From: Camelus ferus
Taxonomy: Eukaryota
Assembly: GCF_009834535.1 (NCBI RefSeq)
Contig: NC_045699.1
Location: 54,498,001-54,562,000, forward strand
Direction: 5' to 3'
Length of the DNA stretch: 64,000 nucleotides
Below the pieces are notes generated by a model. The model was not told the origin of the DNA and made no database searches. It saw nothing but the letters and a program-made list of their open reading frames with translations. The position numbers and the translations under genes are program-made. This document shows positions 25,377 through 36,580 of this stretch, in pieces. How positions within the stretch are numbered: the first letter of the stretch is position 1; each line of letters opens with the position of its first letter.

Positions 25377-25759
25377 TTAGGAGCCTAAATTAGTGAGGAA
25401 TATATAAAATATTAAGTTAAAAGGGAAAAGGATTATTATCAGCTTTGAAGAAAGTTGTAAGATATTCAGAAAAGTACTCATAGTTTATCACATGGCTAAT
25501 CTGAAAGAAGTCATAAAGATTCATAGTAAGACTGATTTTTAAAAGTTTCTGTCTAATTATATTGGAGGGGAGGGGCACAGGAAAGGTAGACGTGTGTGGT
25601 GGGGGCATGGAATGAGAAGCCACAGAACTGCCGTATCACACGTGGCCCACCTGACACCATCAGGCTTCTGGACACTCGGGCCGTATTTTCCATCCCTGTC
25701 CTACATAATGTGTTTGCCTCGAGTGTTACGCCCCTTTCCAATTCCTTCACCAACAATAC

Positions 25760-26345
25760 ATCTCTAGGGTCATGAAGATCATTAAAGAGCAGATAGTCAT
25801 TTCATCCGTCTTCTTAACGCCTCTTGCGCATTGCCCTAAGCATAAAACCCAAATCCTTGGCATTCAAAGCCATGAACTGTGATTTCACCTTCCACCCATT
25901 TCTCTAACCTTATTTCTTGCCACTCTAGACCTCACTCTTCATGCACCAGTAAAACCCAAATTACTTGGGTTCTCTGTAAATAGTTTGCCATTTCAGCCCA
26001 AGTATTTTTGGTCCTGCTGCTCTTCCTGCCTGGAATAGCTATTCCCCAACTCCTGGTCACTTGTAACCCCCAACCCATACCACTGTGGCAGTCCTAACTC
26101 TATTCTCCTTTTGATTAATCAGCCCTTCCTCCAGGAAGCCTTCCCTGACTACCCCAGGCTGAGTGAGGTGTCTCCTGTGCTCTCAAAGCACTGGTACAAG
26201 CCTCCCTCAAAGAGCCTTAGAAAAAACACTTCATCTTATTATTGCTGGTGTGTCCATCTCTCCTGGAGAAAGTGTGCACCCACAGGGCGGGGGATCCTGT
26301 CTGTCCTGATCCTGGCCCGTGCCCCGTATCTGACACACCTCATTC
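25760..26345 (+). mobile_element. L2 3' fragment
   Basis: cttcctgcctggaata...cttcctccaggaagccttccctgactacccc...ggggatcctgtctgtcc...gtatctgacaca. Confidence 0.6.
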
Positions 26346-26664
26346 CCACAAAGGCTGGCACGAATCTTGTTGGGCTTGAGGGTTACAGTCATTCCTTCAC
26401 AGGTGGCTCTTCAACGCCACAAGAGGAGTCTTGTGTCTGTTCTTGGAGGATCCCAAGGCAGTGGCCTCCGCATCTCCAACCTTGTGATCCTGGTCGGAGG
26501 TTCCTTCACCTCTGTACCATTTGAGTGCAGAACTGGATGCTCTGGATGAGCTGGAGAACAGGGTTCCATGGGTCAGACCTCTGATAAAAGCCATTCACAG
26601 TTCATTTGCCAGGATGGGTAGACTGCTTCTTTTTCCGTTCCAGCAAGGAAGCACCGTGGCCAGG

Positions 26665-27480
26665 TGACTTGATTCATTCATTGACTGACTCAAGAAATAT
26701 TTACAGTGTGTCTGCTCCGTGCCGGGCAGTGTTCTGGGTAGTACTGGGGAGATCACAGGGAATGAGAGAGACAGGGTTTCTGTCCACAAGGACCTTACAT
26801 TCTAGAGGAGAAAAACGATACAAAGCAAACACAGGCAAAATCATCTCAGGTGGTGAAGCTGTCGAGAAGGGAAGAAAAGGGGAGTATGGGGTGAGGAGGT
26901 TGCTTAGATGTGGTGATCAGGCAGCATTTGTGCTGAGATCTGAATCTGAAAAGAAGCTGCTCACATGAAGAGCTGTAGCTGCACTGCCTAATCTGGTGGC
27001 CACCGGCCACATGTAGCTGTTTAAATTTGCTTTTAAAGTAATTAAAATCAGTTCCTCAATCACACTGGCCACATTTCAAGGAGTCAATAGCCAGCATACG
27101 GCTAGTGGCTACTATACTGGACAGCACAGATAACAGAGCATTTCCATCATCGCTAAAATGTTCTATTGAGCAGAGCTGAGCTAGAGGAAGAACATTCAGG
27201 GGAGAGAGAGCCACAAGAGCAAAGGCCCTGGGGCAGGAACAGGTTGGTGTTGGAGGGGCCGTTGTGACCAGAGCATAGTGAGCAGTGGGAGAGAGGGCAT
27301 TAGTTAGGCAGATGGGAAAAGCAGGGGAGAAAAGGACATTAGATTATTTGAAGAAGAGCACATGTATCTCTTTCAAAGAGCTGCCTCCTTTAACTTCACT
27401 TGTTGAAATTGAGGCTGAAGCAAGACTAGATTTGTCTGATAGAGTTTTTCAAAGCAGAATGAAAAGGATCTCTAGAGAGC
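26665..27480 (-). mobile_element. L2 element interrupted by MER3
   Basis: attcattcattgactgactcaagaaatatttac...cttacattctagaggag on the left. The L2 resumes after the MER3 with aacattcagg...caaaggccctggggcaggaac. Confidence 0.75.
26979..27178 (-). mobile_element. MER3 (hAT-Charlie) nested in L2
   Basis: ggccacatttcaag...ggctagtggctactatactggacagcacagataacagagcatttccatcatcg...ttctattgagcagagctg. Degenerate 8-bp TSD agctgtag / agctagag. Confidence 0.88.
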
Positions 27481-28229
27481 ATGTAAAGCATGTAGAAACC
27501 AATTGAGAAAAGAACTGTGTTGAAGAATACGATGTGGATACAGCAAGCCCTGACTCAGAGATAAAGACTGGTTGATTCCAGTGGCCAGTGGGTGAGGTCA
27601 TAGTGCTGTCCCTTGGACCTAGAGGAGGTCCTAATTGATGCCAAGAACATAATTTCCCGTATCTTTTCCCAAAACCTCTTAAAAGTAGGACAGTGTGGAA
27701 TTCCACCCCTTCCACCCCCGCCAGCCCTCCCTAATAACAATTCTCAGTAGGAGTAGAATTTTGACTTTTGTGTCTTAGGAGCTAGAATTATATTCCTTTC
27801 CATTAACAGGGGCATCTGTGTCTTGACTTCATCTGGCATCACTTTCCCTGAAGTGCTCATCCCTTTTCACGCCTGCCTCTTTGCTAAACAGGTTTTCTTC
27901 CTCCCTTTGTAAAGGTGCCTTTGTTTAAACTAATAGAGTTACTTGTTTTTACTGTAAACACAGTGTCCAGTGACTCTCCTTATTGTTGCCAGCCAGTGGC
28001 TTTGCAGAAGGGAAAGAGTCTTGAAGGTCACTTTCTGGTGTTTGTATTAGAAAATGTCATCATAACATAAAAAAAAAAAGGGGGGGACTGCTCACTGTCT
28101 CCTCAGGGTTCTGTTATCCCATTACCTTTGAATTCAACTAACAGCAAGCATTTGCTGAATAATAATTGAGCTGGTAAAATGTAATCTGATAATTAGCAGC
28201 TGTGTCCAAATAAATACACTTGGCTTCTG

Positions 28230-28620
28230 TTTCATTTGCCCTCGAAGACTCTAACATGGTTCCAAAGTGTACCTTTCAATCGGAGAAGTCCGACCGGTTC
28301 ACATTGCAGTGTGAGTGCTTCCTGGGGCGGCGGCCACCAGGTACGGGCGCGTGTAGGATGCCGGCTCCGTCCCACTTGCCCTGAAACGCTGTGACCTGGC
28401 AGAGGGCTGAGTCCTTGCGTTGGATGTCCGATCACGCAAAGGGAAACCCGGGCGAAGCTTTAGGAGCAGCTGGTTCCCAAGGTCGGGTTGTCACCGAGGG
28501 AGAGTCAGGTCATGATTGCCACCTGGATGCTCTTCTCTCTCTTTACGGTAGGTCTCTCCTGGGTTCCTTGCTTTTACTGTGCGGTTCTGCCGCAGGCCGC
28601 CGAGGGAACTTACACCTTTG
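28230..28620 (+). promoter_or_regulatory. Small CpG island / candidate alternative promoter and first exon (exon end 28547, donor GTAGGT at 28548)
   Basis: More than 20 CpGs in about 300 bp of unique sequence in a CpG-poor background; GRHL-like gaccggtt. ATG 28512 gives MIATWMLFSLFT up to the donor. Confidence 0.65.
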
Positions 28621-29175
28621 GGACCGCAAACTCCCTGAGGCTTATTTCCTGTTGTTCTTTAGGAAAATTACTTTTATGAACTCAAGGCACTGGAGACTCC
28701 ACCTGGAAAGAAAAAGCACATCCCTGACATTTTAGGCACTGGAAATTCTAACTCAACTAACAGTGTGTTTCTCTGGCCGACTTTTCTTTGAAAAAAGCTA
28801 AAGCAGAACAGTTTTCGAAGGCTGCAAAAATGCTATTCTGTTTCAAGTTCCAATCCTGTGAATCATTTCTCTTTCTCAAGTGATTACTGTAATACCTTAG
28901 GACCTTCAATTTATATAGCACTTTTCTTCTCAGGGAGGCAAAGCTTAAGTAGAAATGTTCTCTGGGATAATAATCTAATGCTATAATCATTTCTAAACTA
29001 GTTCATGATGATTGTCGATGCATTGCGGGGAAACTAGGCATACGGCTCATAAACTGTGAATACATGAAAGCTATACAGGTCATGCTTTCTAATCTGATCA
29101 AATTATTTGCCACTGACCTTGAACATGTTGGCAAGGTAGGTAGACATGGGGGTGGAGCTAAAGAATATCCTTCTT

Positions 29176-29316
29176 GGGGAGAGGGCATAGCTCGGGGGTA
29201 GAGTGCATGCTTGGCATAGCTCGGGGTTAGAGTGCATGCTTAGCATGCACGAGGTCCTAGGCTCAATCCCCAGTACCTTCATTAAAAAGATAAATAAATA
29301 AACCTAATTAACCCCC

Positions 29317-29350
<34 letters not shown>
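29176..29350 (+). mobile_element. Camelid SINE with internal 29-bp tandem duplication and (CA)16 tail
   Basis: Duplicated units at 29184-29212 and 29213-29241; (CA)16 at 29319-29350; TSD core atccttctt at 29167-29175 and 29360-29368. Confidence 0.92.
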
Positions 29351-29353
<3 letters not shown>

Positions 29354-30329
29354 GAAGGCATCCTTCTTAGAGTTTGAAAACTATTATGTGAACCCTTTTT
29401 CAGACTGACTTCTGGACAAGCATCCTGTAGCTGGGGGCAGTTTTTGTATTTGTGTGCTTTTCTCAGCCAAAGTCAAAGAGTGGCCGGAGATATTGTACAA
29501 TCCTGTCTGTATCAACTATAGTGAGAGTGAAGTAGAGAAAGGAAGGGTGGAGTTACAAGCTTGAACGTTTTCAAGTTCACAAAGACCAGGTATTGTCTCT
29601 GGTCAATACCAACTATTCAGAAACATCCTTTTAACTCAAGAGTGGTGACTTCATTTTCAGAACTCTTTCACGTTTGCATGTGCTGATTTATAGAGTAATG
29701 CGTGTGGTCTTTGTTTCTTTTCTGATCCTAGAAAGTTTTGTGTATTTATATTCACTTTTTATTTACACACAGTACAACTCATTCTTTTTGCCATATAATT
29801 CTGAGTTTGGACAAAGGCAAAGAGTTGCAGATCCATGACCACAGTCAAGGTGCAGAACAGCTCAGATTATCCCACATAGATATTTTGTTTCAAATTTCTA
29901 TTGGCATGTTTTGGTATCAGCGTTTACTCTTAACTTCTGATTATGGACCCAAAACATTTTGTAACAAATAGGGCAGCGTGTATGTGTGGTGTCTGACACT
30001 TTGCATGCACAAGACTGAGTGAGATGACCTTGAGTGAGCAAGGTCTCATTTGCTGATTCTTTTCTCAAAGAGTTATAAATAGGAAAATCGCACCATCTGA
30101 TTAGTTGTTTCTTCATATTACAATTGGTAGATTAGAATGGAATAATGTATTGTACAATATATTAAAATAAATGAAGAAATTTATGATAAATACTGTAATT
30201 AGTAAAAGTACTATCCTAAAAATGAAAAAAAGTCAATGTTTTTACAGTTTAGGTTTTTTTTAATGTGATTTTAAGTTCTGCATGGTTTTAAGGAATGTGG
30301 TTTTATATGAAATGCTGCTAAAAGTAAGG

Positions 30330-30790
30330 GACTACATAACTCAAACAGGGATTAATAGCTCAGATCACTCAAGAGTACAGGCATGGGCTTCAGGCATGGC
30401 TGGATCCAGGGGATTCAAGTGACATAATCAGTGTCCCTCTTTCCCTATTCAGCTGTGTTTTTCTCTGTATTGGCTCTGTTCTTGGTAGGTTCTTTTCCTT
30501 GTGCTATCAAGATAACTGACAGCAGCTCTGGGCTTTCATCCCATTTTTTCGATTTCTTTCACTTCCAACCAGTCTCAGAATGTAGTCTTACTGGCTTTGT
30601 TTGGTTCTCTTGCCCCTCATGACTCCAGAGGGAGAGTGCAGAGTGAAGGTGCAGCGTTCTGATTAGCCAGGCTTGGGTCGCACACTCCCTCTCGGAGCTG
30701 AAGAGGTGTCAGCTCCCCTGGACCATAGGCAGAAGGAGGTAGTGGCAGAAGGGATATTTCTTTAAGGGAAATCAAGGGGCACTCAAGTCA
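30330..30790 (-). mobile_element. MLT1J/K-like MaLR LTR
   Basis: cttcaggcatggctggatccaggggattcaa...gacagcagctctgggctttcatcc...ttctgattagccaggcttgggtc. Confidence 0.65.
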
Positions 30791-30799
30791 GAACAACAC

Positions 30800-31311
30800 A
30801 TAATATAATGAAGCCTCCCTAAAAACCCAAAAAGACAGGGTTCACAGAGTTTCTAAGTTGCTGAATATGTGGAGATTCAAGGGGAGTAGTTCACTCCGAG
30901 GGCATGGAATACGCTCTTTCCCCATGCCTTGCCTCAGGCATCTCTTCCATCTGCCTGTTCCTGAGTTACATCCTTTTATAACAAACCAGTAATCAAGTGA
31001 GAAAACAGGTTTCCTGAACTCTGCAAGCTGCTTTCGCAGGTTGATTGAGCCCAAGGAGGGGGTGTGGGAACCTCCAGCCTGTAGCTGGTTGATGAGAAGC
31101 ACAGATAACAACCTGGGCTTGCAATTAGCATCTGAAATGGGGGAGGGGGCAGTCTTGTAGGGCTGGGTCCTTCACCTGTGGAATCTGAGGCTAACTCCAG
31201 GTAGATAAGTGTCAGAATTGAGTTGAATCATAGGACCTTCAGCTGGTGTCCCAGGATTGTGTGTTGTGGGAGGAAACACCTCCCCCCACCCAACACACAC
31301 TGGAATTGGTG
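30800..31311 (+). mobile_element. MER21-type ERVL LTR
   Basis: aaaaacccaaaaagacagggttc...cccaaggagggggtgtgggaacc...ctccaggtagataagtgtcagaattgagttgaat...cagctggtgtcc. Confidence 0.8.
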
Positions 31312-31327
31312 AGCAGAGCTTTTTCTT

Positions 31328-31471
31328 TGGTGGGGAGGTAATTTTATTTGTTTGTTTGTTTGTTTTTTTTTTTATTTTTTATTTTTTTATTATTATTTTT
31401 TTCGTGGCGGTACCAGGACCTAGTGCATGCTGAGCACACACTCTACCATTTGGGCTATGCCCTCCCCCTAA
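31328..31471 (-). mobile_element. Camelid SINE lacking the B box, 16-bp TSD
   Basis: TSD agcagag(c/t)tttttctt at 31312-31327 and 31472-31487. ggtaccaggacc shows loss of the ggggattgaac segment. Confidence 0.88.
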
Positions 31472-32180
31472 AGCAGAGTTTTTTCTTAAAGTGATATGTC
31501 CTCTGGTTAGGAATGATTTAGAAATGAACAAGTTGTTCGGATCCAATTGATTTTTCACAGATTTAGAATTTGAGAAAATCCACTAAACATCACATCCCTG
31601 AATGGTGGGCCCCTAGCATAGATTAGGTGCTCAATAAAGATCTGTTGAAGAAATTTAATCCTTATGCTTTAGTTGAGGGTTTTGGAGAAAATTATTCCAA
31701 AGACCCCCTTCCCAATCTATGCCTTTTCTATAAAATTATAGTAACTTTGAAATCGAGTCTGTCTCTATCTTCTTGAGCCAAATAGATGTGTGTCTGGGGC
31801 CATTTTACTGTTTCTGTTAATGACTTAGGTTTTAATGACAATGATCAGTCCCTGTAGCAAGAGAAATAAAACCTATGTGAATCTCTATAAAATCTATATG
31901 GACATAAAGCTTTTAGAGAAATACAGCTGGATGAATTTTTACCTCTGCAGATGAGATCATTTTGTGAATTCTCGGAATGATAACTACTGCGGTTTGGGTC
32001 CTGAGGCATCAGATGCTTGGTGAGGGCACATTGTAAACTGATACAGCTTTACAACCATTCTCCTAAGTGGTCAGTTTGGTAGACATCTGGGAATTCGCCC
32101 CTCTAAGCTGGAGTATACTAGGTGTGGGAGATACACAGATGGCTAAGACAGAATCTTGGCTTCTGAGTCTTACTGTCTAA

Positions 32181-32621
32181 TTTTTTTTTAATTGTGGTAA
32201 AATATAGATAGCATAAAATTTGATCATTTTAAACCATTTGTAAGTGCAAAAGTCAGTGGTATTAAGTACACTCATAATGTTATACAACCATCACCACTGT
32301 CTGTTTCCTGACCTTTTCATCATCCCACACAGAATCAAACAATATTTGTCCTTTCCTGTCTGGCTTTTCATGTAATATAATGTTCTCAAAATGGCCATCC
32401 TGTAGCATGTNNNNNNNNNNNNNNNNNNNNNNNNNNNNNNNNNNNNNNNNNNNNNNNNNNNNNNNNNNNNNNNNNNNNNNNNNNNNNNNNNNNNNNNNNN
32501 NNNNNNNNNNNNNNNNNNNNNNNNNNNNNNNNNNNNNNNNNNNNNNNNNNNNNNNNNNNNNNNNNNGTGAACTTTAATGTATAAATATCTGTTTGGGTCC
32601 TTGCTTTCAAGTCTTTGGGTA
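32181..32621 (-). mobile_element. L1MB fragment spanning an assembly gap
   Basis: ttaattgtggtaaaatatagatagcataaaattt...catcctgtagcatgt, then the gap, then gtgaactttaatgtataaatatctgtttgggtccttgctttcaa. Confidence 0.8.
32411..32566. other. Assembly gap (156 N)
   Basis: Run of n. Confidence 1.
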
Positions 32622-32959
32622 GCCTAGGTTACGGTCCAGTTGTACCTCTTGCCTGGCCATATCCTTTAGCTGCTTCTCGCCAAGGTTTCTGCTGATGGTA
32701 ACCTTCCCTCGTGATTTGTACTTTTCCCTACCATACATGTGAGGATCTGGATTGGTGAAATTTGATGGGAAAGAAGAGAAATCAGAAAGCAACTCTTCTG
32801 AGAACAGACATAGTGAATCCCCAGGGTTCTGACAGCTGGCTTTTTCTTCTCATGCCAAGCATCCCTGTAAGGTAGCAGCTCCCCCCTTTACCTCGCATGG
32901 ATGCCTAGGAGCAAGGGGCAGTCAGAAAATCTCAGAAGATCTTCATGGAGACCTCTCTG

Positions 32960-33096
32960 AAAACCATGTAAATGGGGGACGCTGTCTCAGCGGGTCACCC
33001 TGGTTAGATGGTGCAGGATGGAAACCTCGTTATTAAATACTGCAGACCGGGAGGATGCTGGCCGTCTTTCTTTATACAGTCTTGCTAGCTGTGAGT
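32960..33096 (+). promoter_or_regulatory. Candidate alternative first exon ending at 33090 (donor GTGAGT at 33091)
   Basis: Unique, locally CpG-containing sequence with a consensus donor core. ATGs at 33008, 33018 and 33055 cover all three frames. Confidence 0.35.
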
Positions 33097-33859
33097 TCTG
33101 GCAGGGAGAATCCTGTGGGGAGGCCGGCTTTTATCTGGAGCTGCTTGTATTTGGGTTGGTGGCATGCCTTAGAAACAGAGACAGCCTTCCCTTCCGCCAC
33201 CCCAGGCTTCCAGCTGAGTTTCCTTTTAACCCCAAGATTTCGGGGGATTTCGTATGGACCCTGAGCTCTGAAAGCAGATCCCATAGGGCTGGCTGTCAAG
33301 CACCAGAATAGCCTTTTGTCCTTCGGGAGCTGCCCAAAGCCAGTGGAAGAGGGGGAAGAAAGCCTTTTTTTTAGCATGAAAATACATTACTATAATTCTT
33401 CCCTTCCATTGCCCGCTCCCCATTTTGTGCTGTTTACGGGCATCAGGAGTTTTTTGTTGTTGTTTTTTTTTCCCTAAGGCTGAGTGAGTCACAACATTTG
33501 GCCATAGCAATGGGAAAGTGCTGGCTGTTTGAGTCCTAGAAGGAAGGAGAATTGAGCTCCCGGGCTGGGCCTGGCGTTGAACTAGCACATCTCTGAGTCT
33601 TTCCCTCCTCCAACCCCGGCCGGTTAAATGTACAAGGTTATTCAAACAAGCCCCCGAATCAGTGAGCCTGTGATGTCTGTAATCACATGCTCAAATTAGA
33701 TTTTCAATTAAAGTGGTGAGGACTGTTCATGCTACTCTTTCTGTGGATGAAGGGTGATGTGTTTCTCCATGGTTTATCCAGATTGATTCATTCTTACCGA
33801 CTCCTCCCACCACCCTCCTGCCAAAAAAAAATAAAAAATAAATAATAGAGGAAAAACCA

Positions 33860-33992
33860 TCCTGTGGACCTGAAGATTGTCACCCTAAGTGAAGTGGGCC
33901 GGAAAGAGAAAGAAAAATGCCATATGACATCATTTGTATGAAGAATCTAAAAAATAATAGCAATAATAATAAGGACACAAATGAACTACTTA
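33860..33992 (+). mobile_element. Internal L1 fragment (ORF2 end), truncated at both ends
   Basis: ggacctgaagattgtcaccctaagtgaagtgggccggaaagagaaagaaaaatgccatatgacatc...gaatctaaaaaa. Confidence 0.8.
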
Positions 33993-34944
33993 TTATTTTG
34001 ATTTCTTGAATATGTGTAAGCACATTTGACTGTCCTTTATGATTGGACTACCGCATTCTGTTGATTCTTATTTTGTAGTCGTCTTTATCCCTCTGATAAC
34101 TATGTAAGTTTAAAAAGCTAAAGATCTAATCTGTTCTTAGAGACAATAATTAGTACATATATGTAAACTAAAAAATGGGCCATATACTGTATATATATAC
34201 TTACATGCAATATAATGTGTATGTGTAGTCGAACTGTAATAATTCTACATAATAAAACTGAAAACGGAAAAAGAAAATCCTAAAACATCAATGCCAGTTT
34301 CAGGTCCAAGGGTCCAAGGGTACCAGCTGGTGATGGCTGATGTGATCTGGATCTGGTTATTAAGCCTGCCATGGGCACCTGGTTCTTCCTTCTGACTGGC
34401 CTAAATGGAGACTTCTAGGTGGACCCTGTGTAATGCATGGCAGGCAATGTTCTTTCCTGACCTGTCAGTCATTTATTGAGATTCTGCTAAGTGCCGAGTG
34501 CTAGGGACCTCAAAATGAGTCAGATGCATCCCTGCACCACAGGGTGGACAGTCTGGCAATCTTCCTGCCACTTCCTGGGACAGAGACATTTTTGGGTTCA
34601 CGACAGAAAATCTGTCACAAACATGAAAAGGAAGACTATTGATTTTTTTATTTATAGCATGAATGATGTGATAAGTAAGGAGCTTCCCTATGTCACACTC
34701 TTAATAGAATCACAGAATTTTCAAACTGGTTAAGATTGCTGGCTGTGCAGCTGGACAGCCTGGGTGCACATCTCAGGCGACTTTACTATAAAATGGGAGT
34801 AATAACAGTATAGTGTCAGAGATTTGTTGGGGGAAATAAGGTAAATTATTTCACAAAATGTGCTCAGAGTGCAGCCTGGAACTTAAAGCCATGTTACCTT
34901 TAAACTTCTGATTCATTCATTCGTCCAAAAATGAGTAGCAGTGA

Positions 34945-35055
34945 TGGTGGCACAAGTCTGTGAATATACTAAAATCCTCTGAATTGTATACTTTAGAGGA
35001 GTGAATTTTATGGTGTGTGAATTCATTGGCTCTCAATGAAGCTGTTAGAAAAAGA
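34945..35055 (+). mobile_element. Old L1M 3' tip
   Basis: gtgatggtggcacaagtctgtgaatatactaaaa...gtgaattttatggtgtgtgaatt...ctcaatgaagctgtt. Confidence 0.75.
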
Positions 35056-35576
35056 AGATTAATTGGGCACCTATAGTACCTATTTTGTGCTGGGCACTGC
35101 CTTTTCAAACTGAGCAGGTCAGTGATTTGCTGAAGGTAAGTGAGTGGCAGAGATGTTTCTAGAACTCAAGTCCCGGGGCACACAAGCCAAGCTCTTTGCA
35201 AACTGTCAGGGGTGAAATGAAGATCGCAATTCGGATTGGAAGTTGGAGCTAGTTTCTGTCCTGCTGCAGAAGCGGAGCTTCAGTTAAGAAAGAGTAGTGG
35301 TGTGACCTTCTACTGTCATCAGCTATTTCCAGAGTCCCCCTCACCTGGCTGCACACCTCTGTGCTTTCCAAGGCTTCGGCCAAATACGTTATAAATACCT
35401 CTATAGATAAACTATGGAAAAGATGCCAACATTCTCCCCACTCCAGCTCTGGATAGAGAATGGAGGCTTTCTATTTAGGCTTTTCAGTGAGCTATTGCTT
35501 TCATTAACTATTTTGTGACATTTGAGAATTCAATCTTCTTTAAAAAAAAAAAAAAAGAACAAAAATGGGAAAAAAA

Positions 35577-35785
35577 NNNNNNNNNNNNNNNNNNNNNNNN
35601 NNNNNNNNNNNNNNNNNNNNNNNNNNNNNNNNNNNNNNNNNNNNNNNNNNNNNNNNNNNNNNNNNNNNNNNNNNNNNNNNNNNNNNNNNNNNNNNNNNNN
35701 NNNNNNNNNNNNNNNNNNNNNNNNNNNNNNNNNNNNNNNNNNNNNNNNNNNNNNNNNNNNNNNNNNNNNNNNNNNNNNNNNNNNN
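35577..35785. other. Assembly gap (209 N)
   Basis: Run of n between an A-rich tract and a SINE head. Confidence 1.
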
Positions 35786-35900
35786 TCAAGTGGTAGAGCG
35801 CATGCTTAGCATATGCAAGGTTCTGGGTTCAATCCCCAGTACCTCCTCTAAAAGAATAAATAAACCTAATTACTACTCCCCAAAAATAAAATAAATTTTT
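35786..35900 (+). mobile_element. Camelid SINE with its 5' end lost in the gap
   Basis: tcaagtggtagagcgcatgcttagc...gggttcaatccccagtacctcc...aaataaacctaattac. Confidence 0.92.
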
Positions 35901-36289
35901 TACAAAAGAATTACATAGCTTTTTATTGCAGGAAAGGGACAGAATTGAAAAATCACCCCCGCTTACAACCAATATCAAAAACTAAGAACAAATTTTGTCC
36001 CCATGGTGAAGAAAATCTTACCCATTCTTGCAATTTCCCAGTTAAGTCTAAAGATCCAGAATGCATAAGAAGAGAGAAGTGTTTTAGGAATAAAATGATT
36101 TTGTGTTTTCCTGAAGAAACCCTTCATATAGTAATAGAAACCGTTTTAGATCCGGAGTTGCCTGCAGCCCTCGGCTCCTACCAGCCTCCTGCTTTTTCTG
36201 CCACTTGGGCTGTCTTCCTTGTCGTGACATCTGGTTTTCAGGATAAGGGAAAGCCACTTCCCCTAAACTAGTGAAATTACTATCGGGGA

Positions 36290-36580
36290 AAAAACGGCTC
36301 AAGTTTCCAGGCAGTTATGAATGAGCTGTTTTTCGGCGTGTCCCGAGCAACTATCTTTAGGAAGGAAACCCAAGAAGGCGCAGGCTCTCAGCCCCTGCGT
36401 TTCCCCAGGATGAGCTCAAAGCACGTCTTCCCGGAGCGGCCCCGGAGAGCACAGGCTTTTCCTAGCAGATGGGCGGCATTACCTCACCCGCATTTAATGA
36501 ATAGGTTTGCCCCCTGGGGGTGGAATGGTCCCAGAGTCTATTATGAAATCTCATTTGCTTTGCATGAATCGGTTCAGGAG
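36290..36580. promoter_or_regulatory. CpG-enriched unique segment, possible enhancer or promoter
   Basis: Cluster of about 12 CpGs (ttcggcgtgtcccgag, ccggagcggccccgg, gggcgg) outside any repeat I recognise. Confidence 0.35.

Noticed and set aside
29005-29097. Possible C/D-box snoRNA (ATGATGA ... CTGA, 93 nt)
   Set aside because: There is no convincing terminal stem or C'/D' boxes and no rRNA complementarity I can recognise. Such motif pairs arise often by chance.
32380-35894. ORFs made of X residues
   Set aside because: They are artefacts of translating through N gaps.
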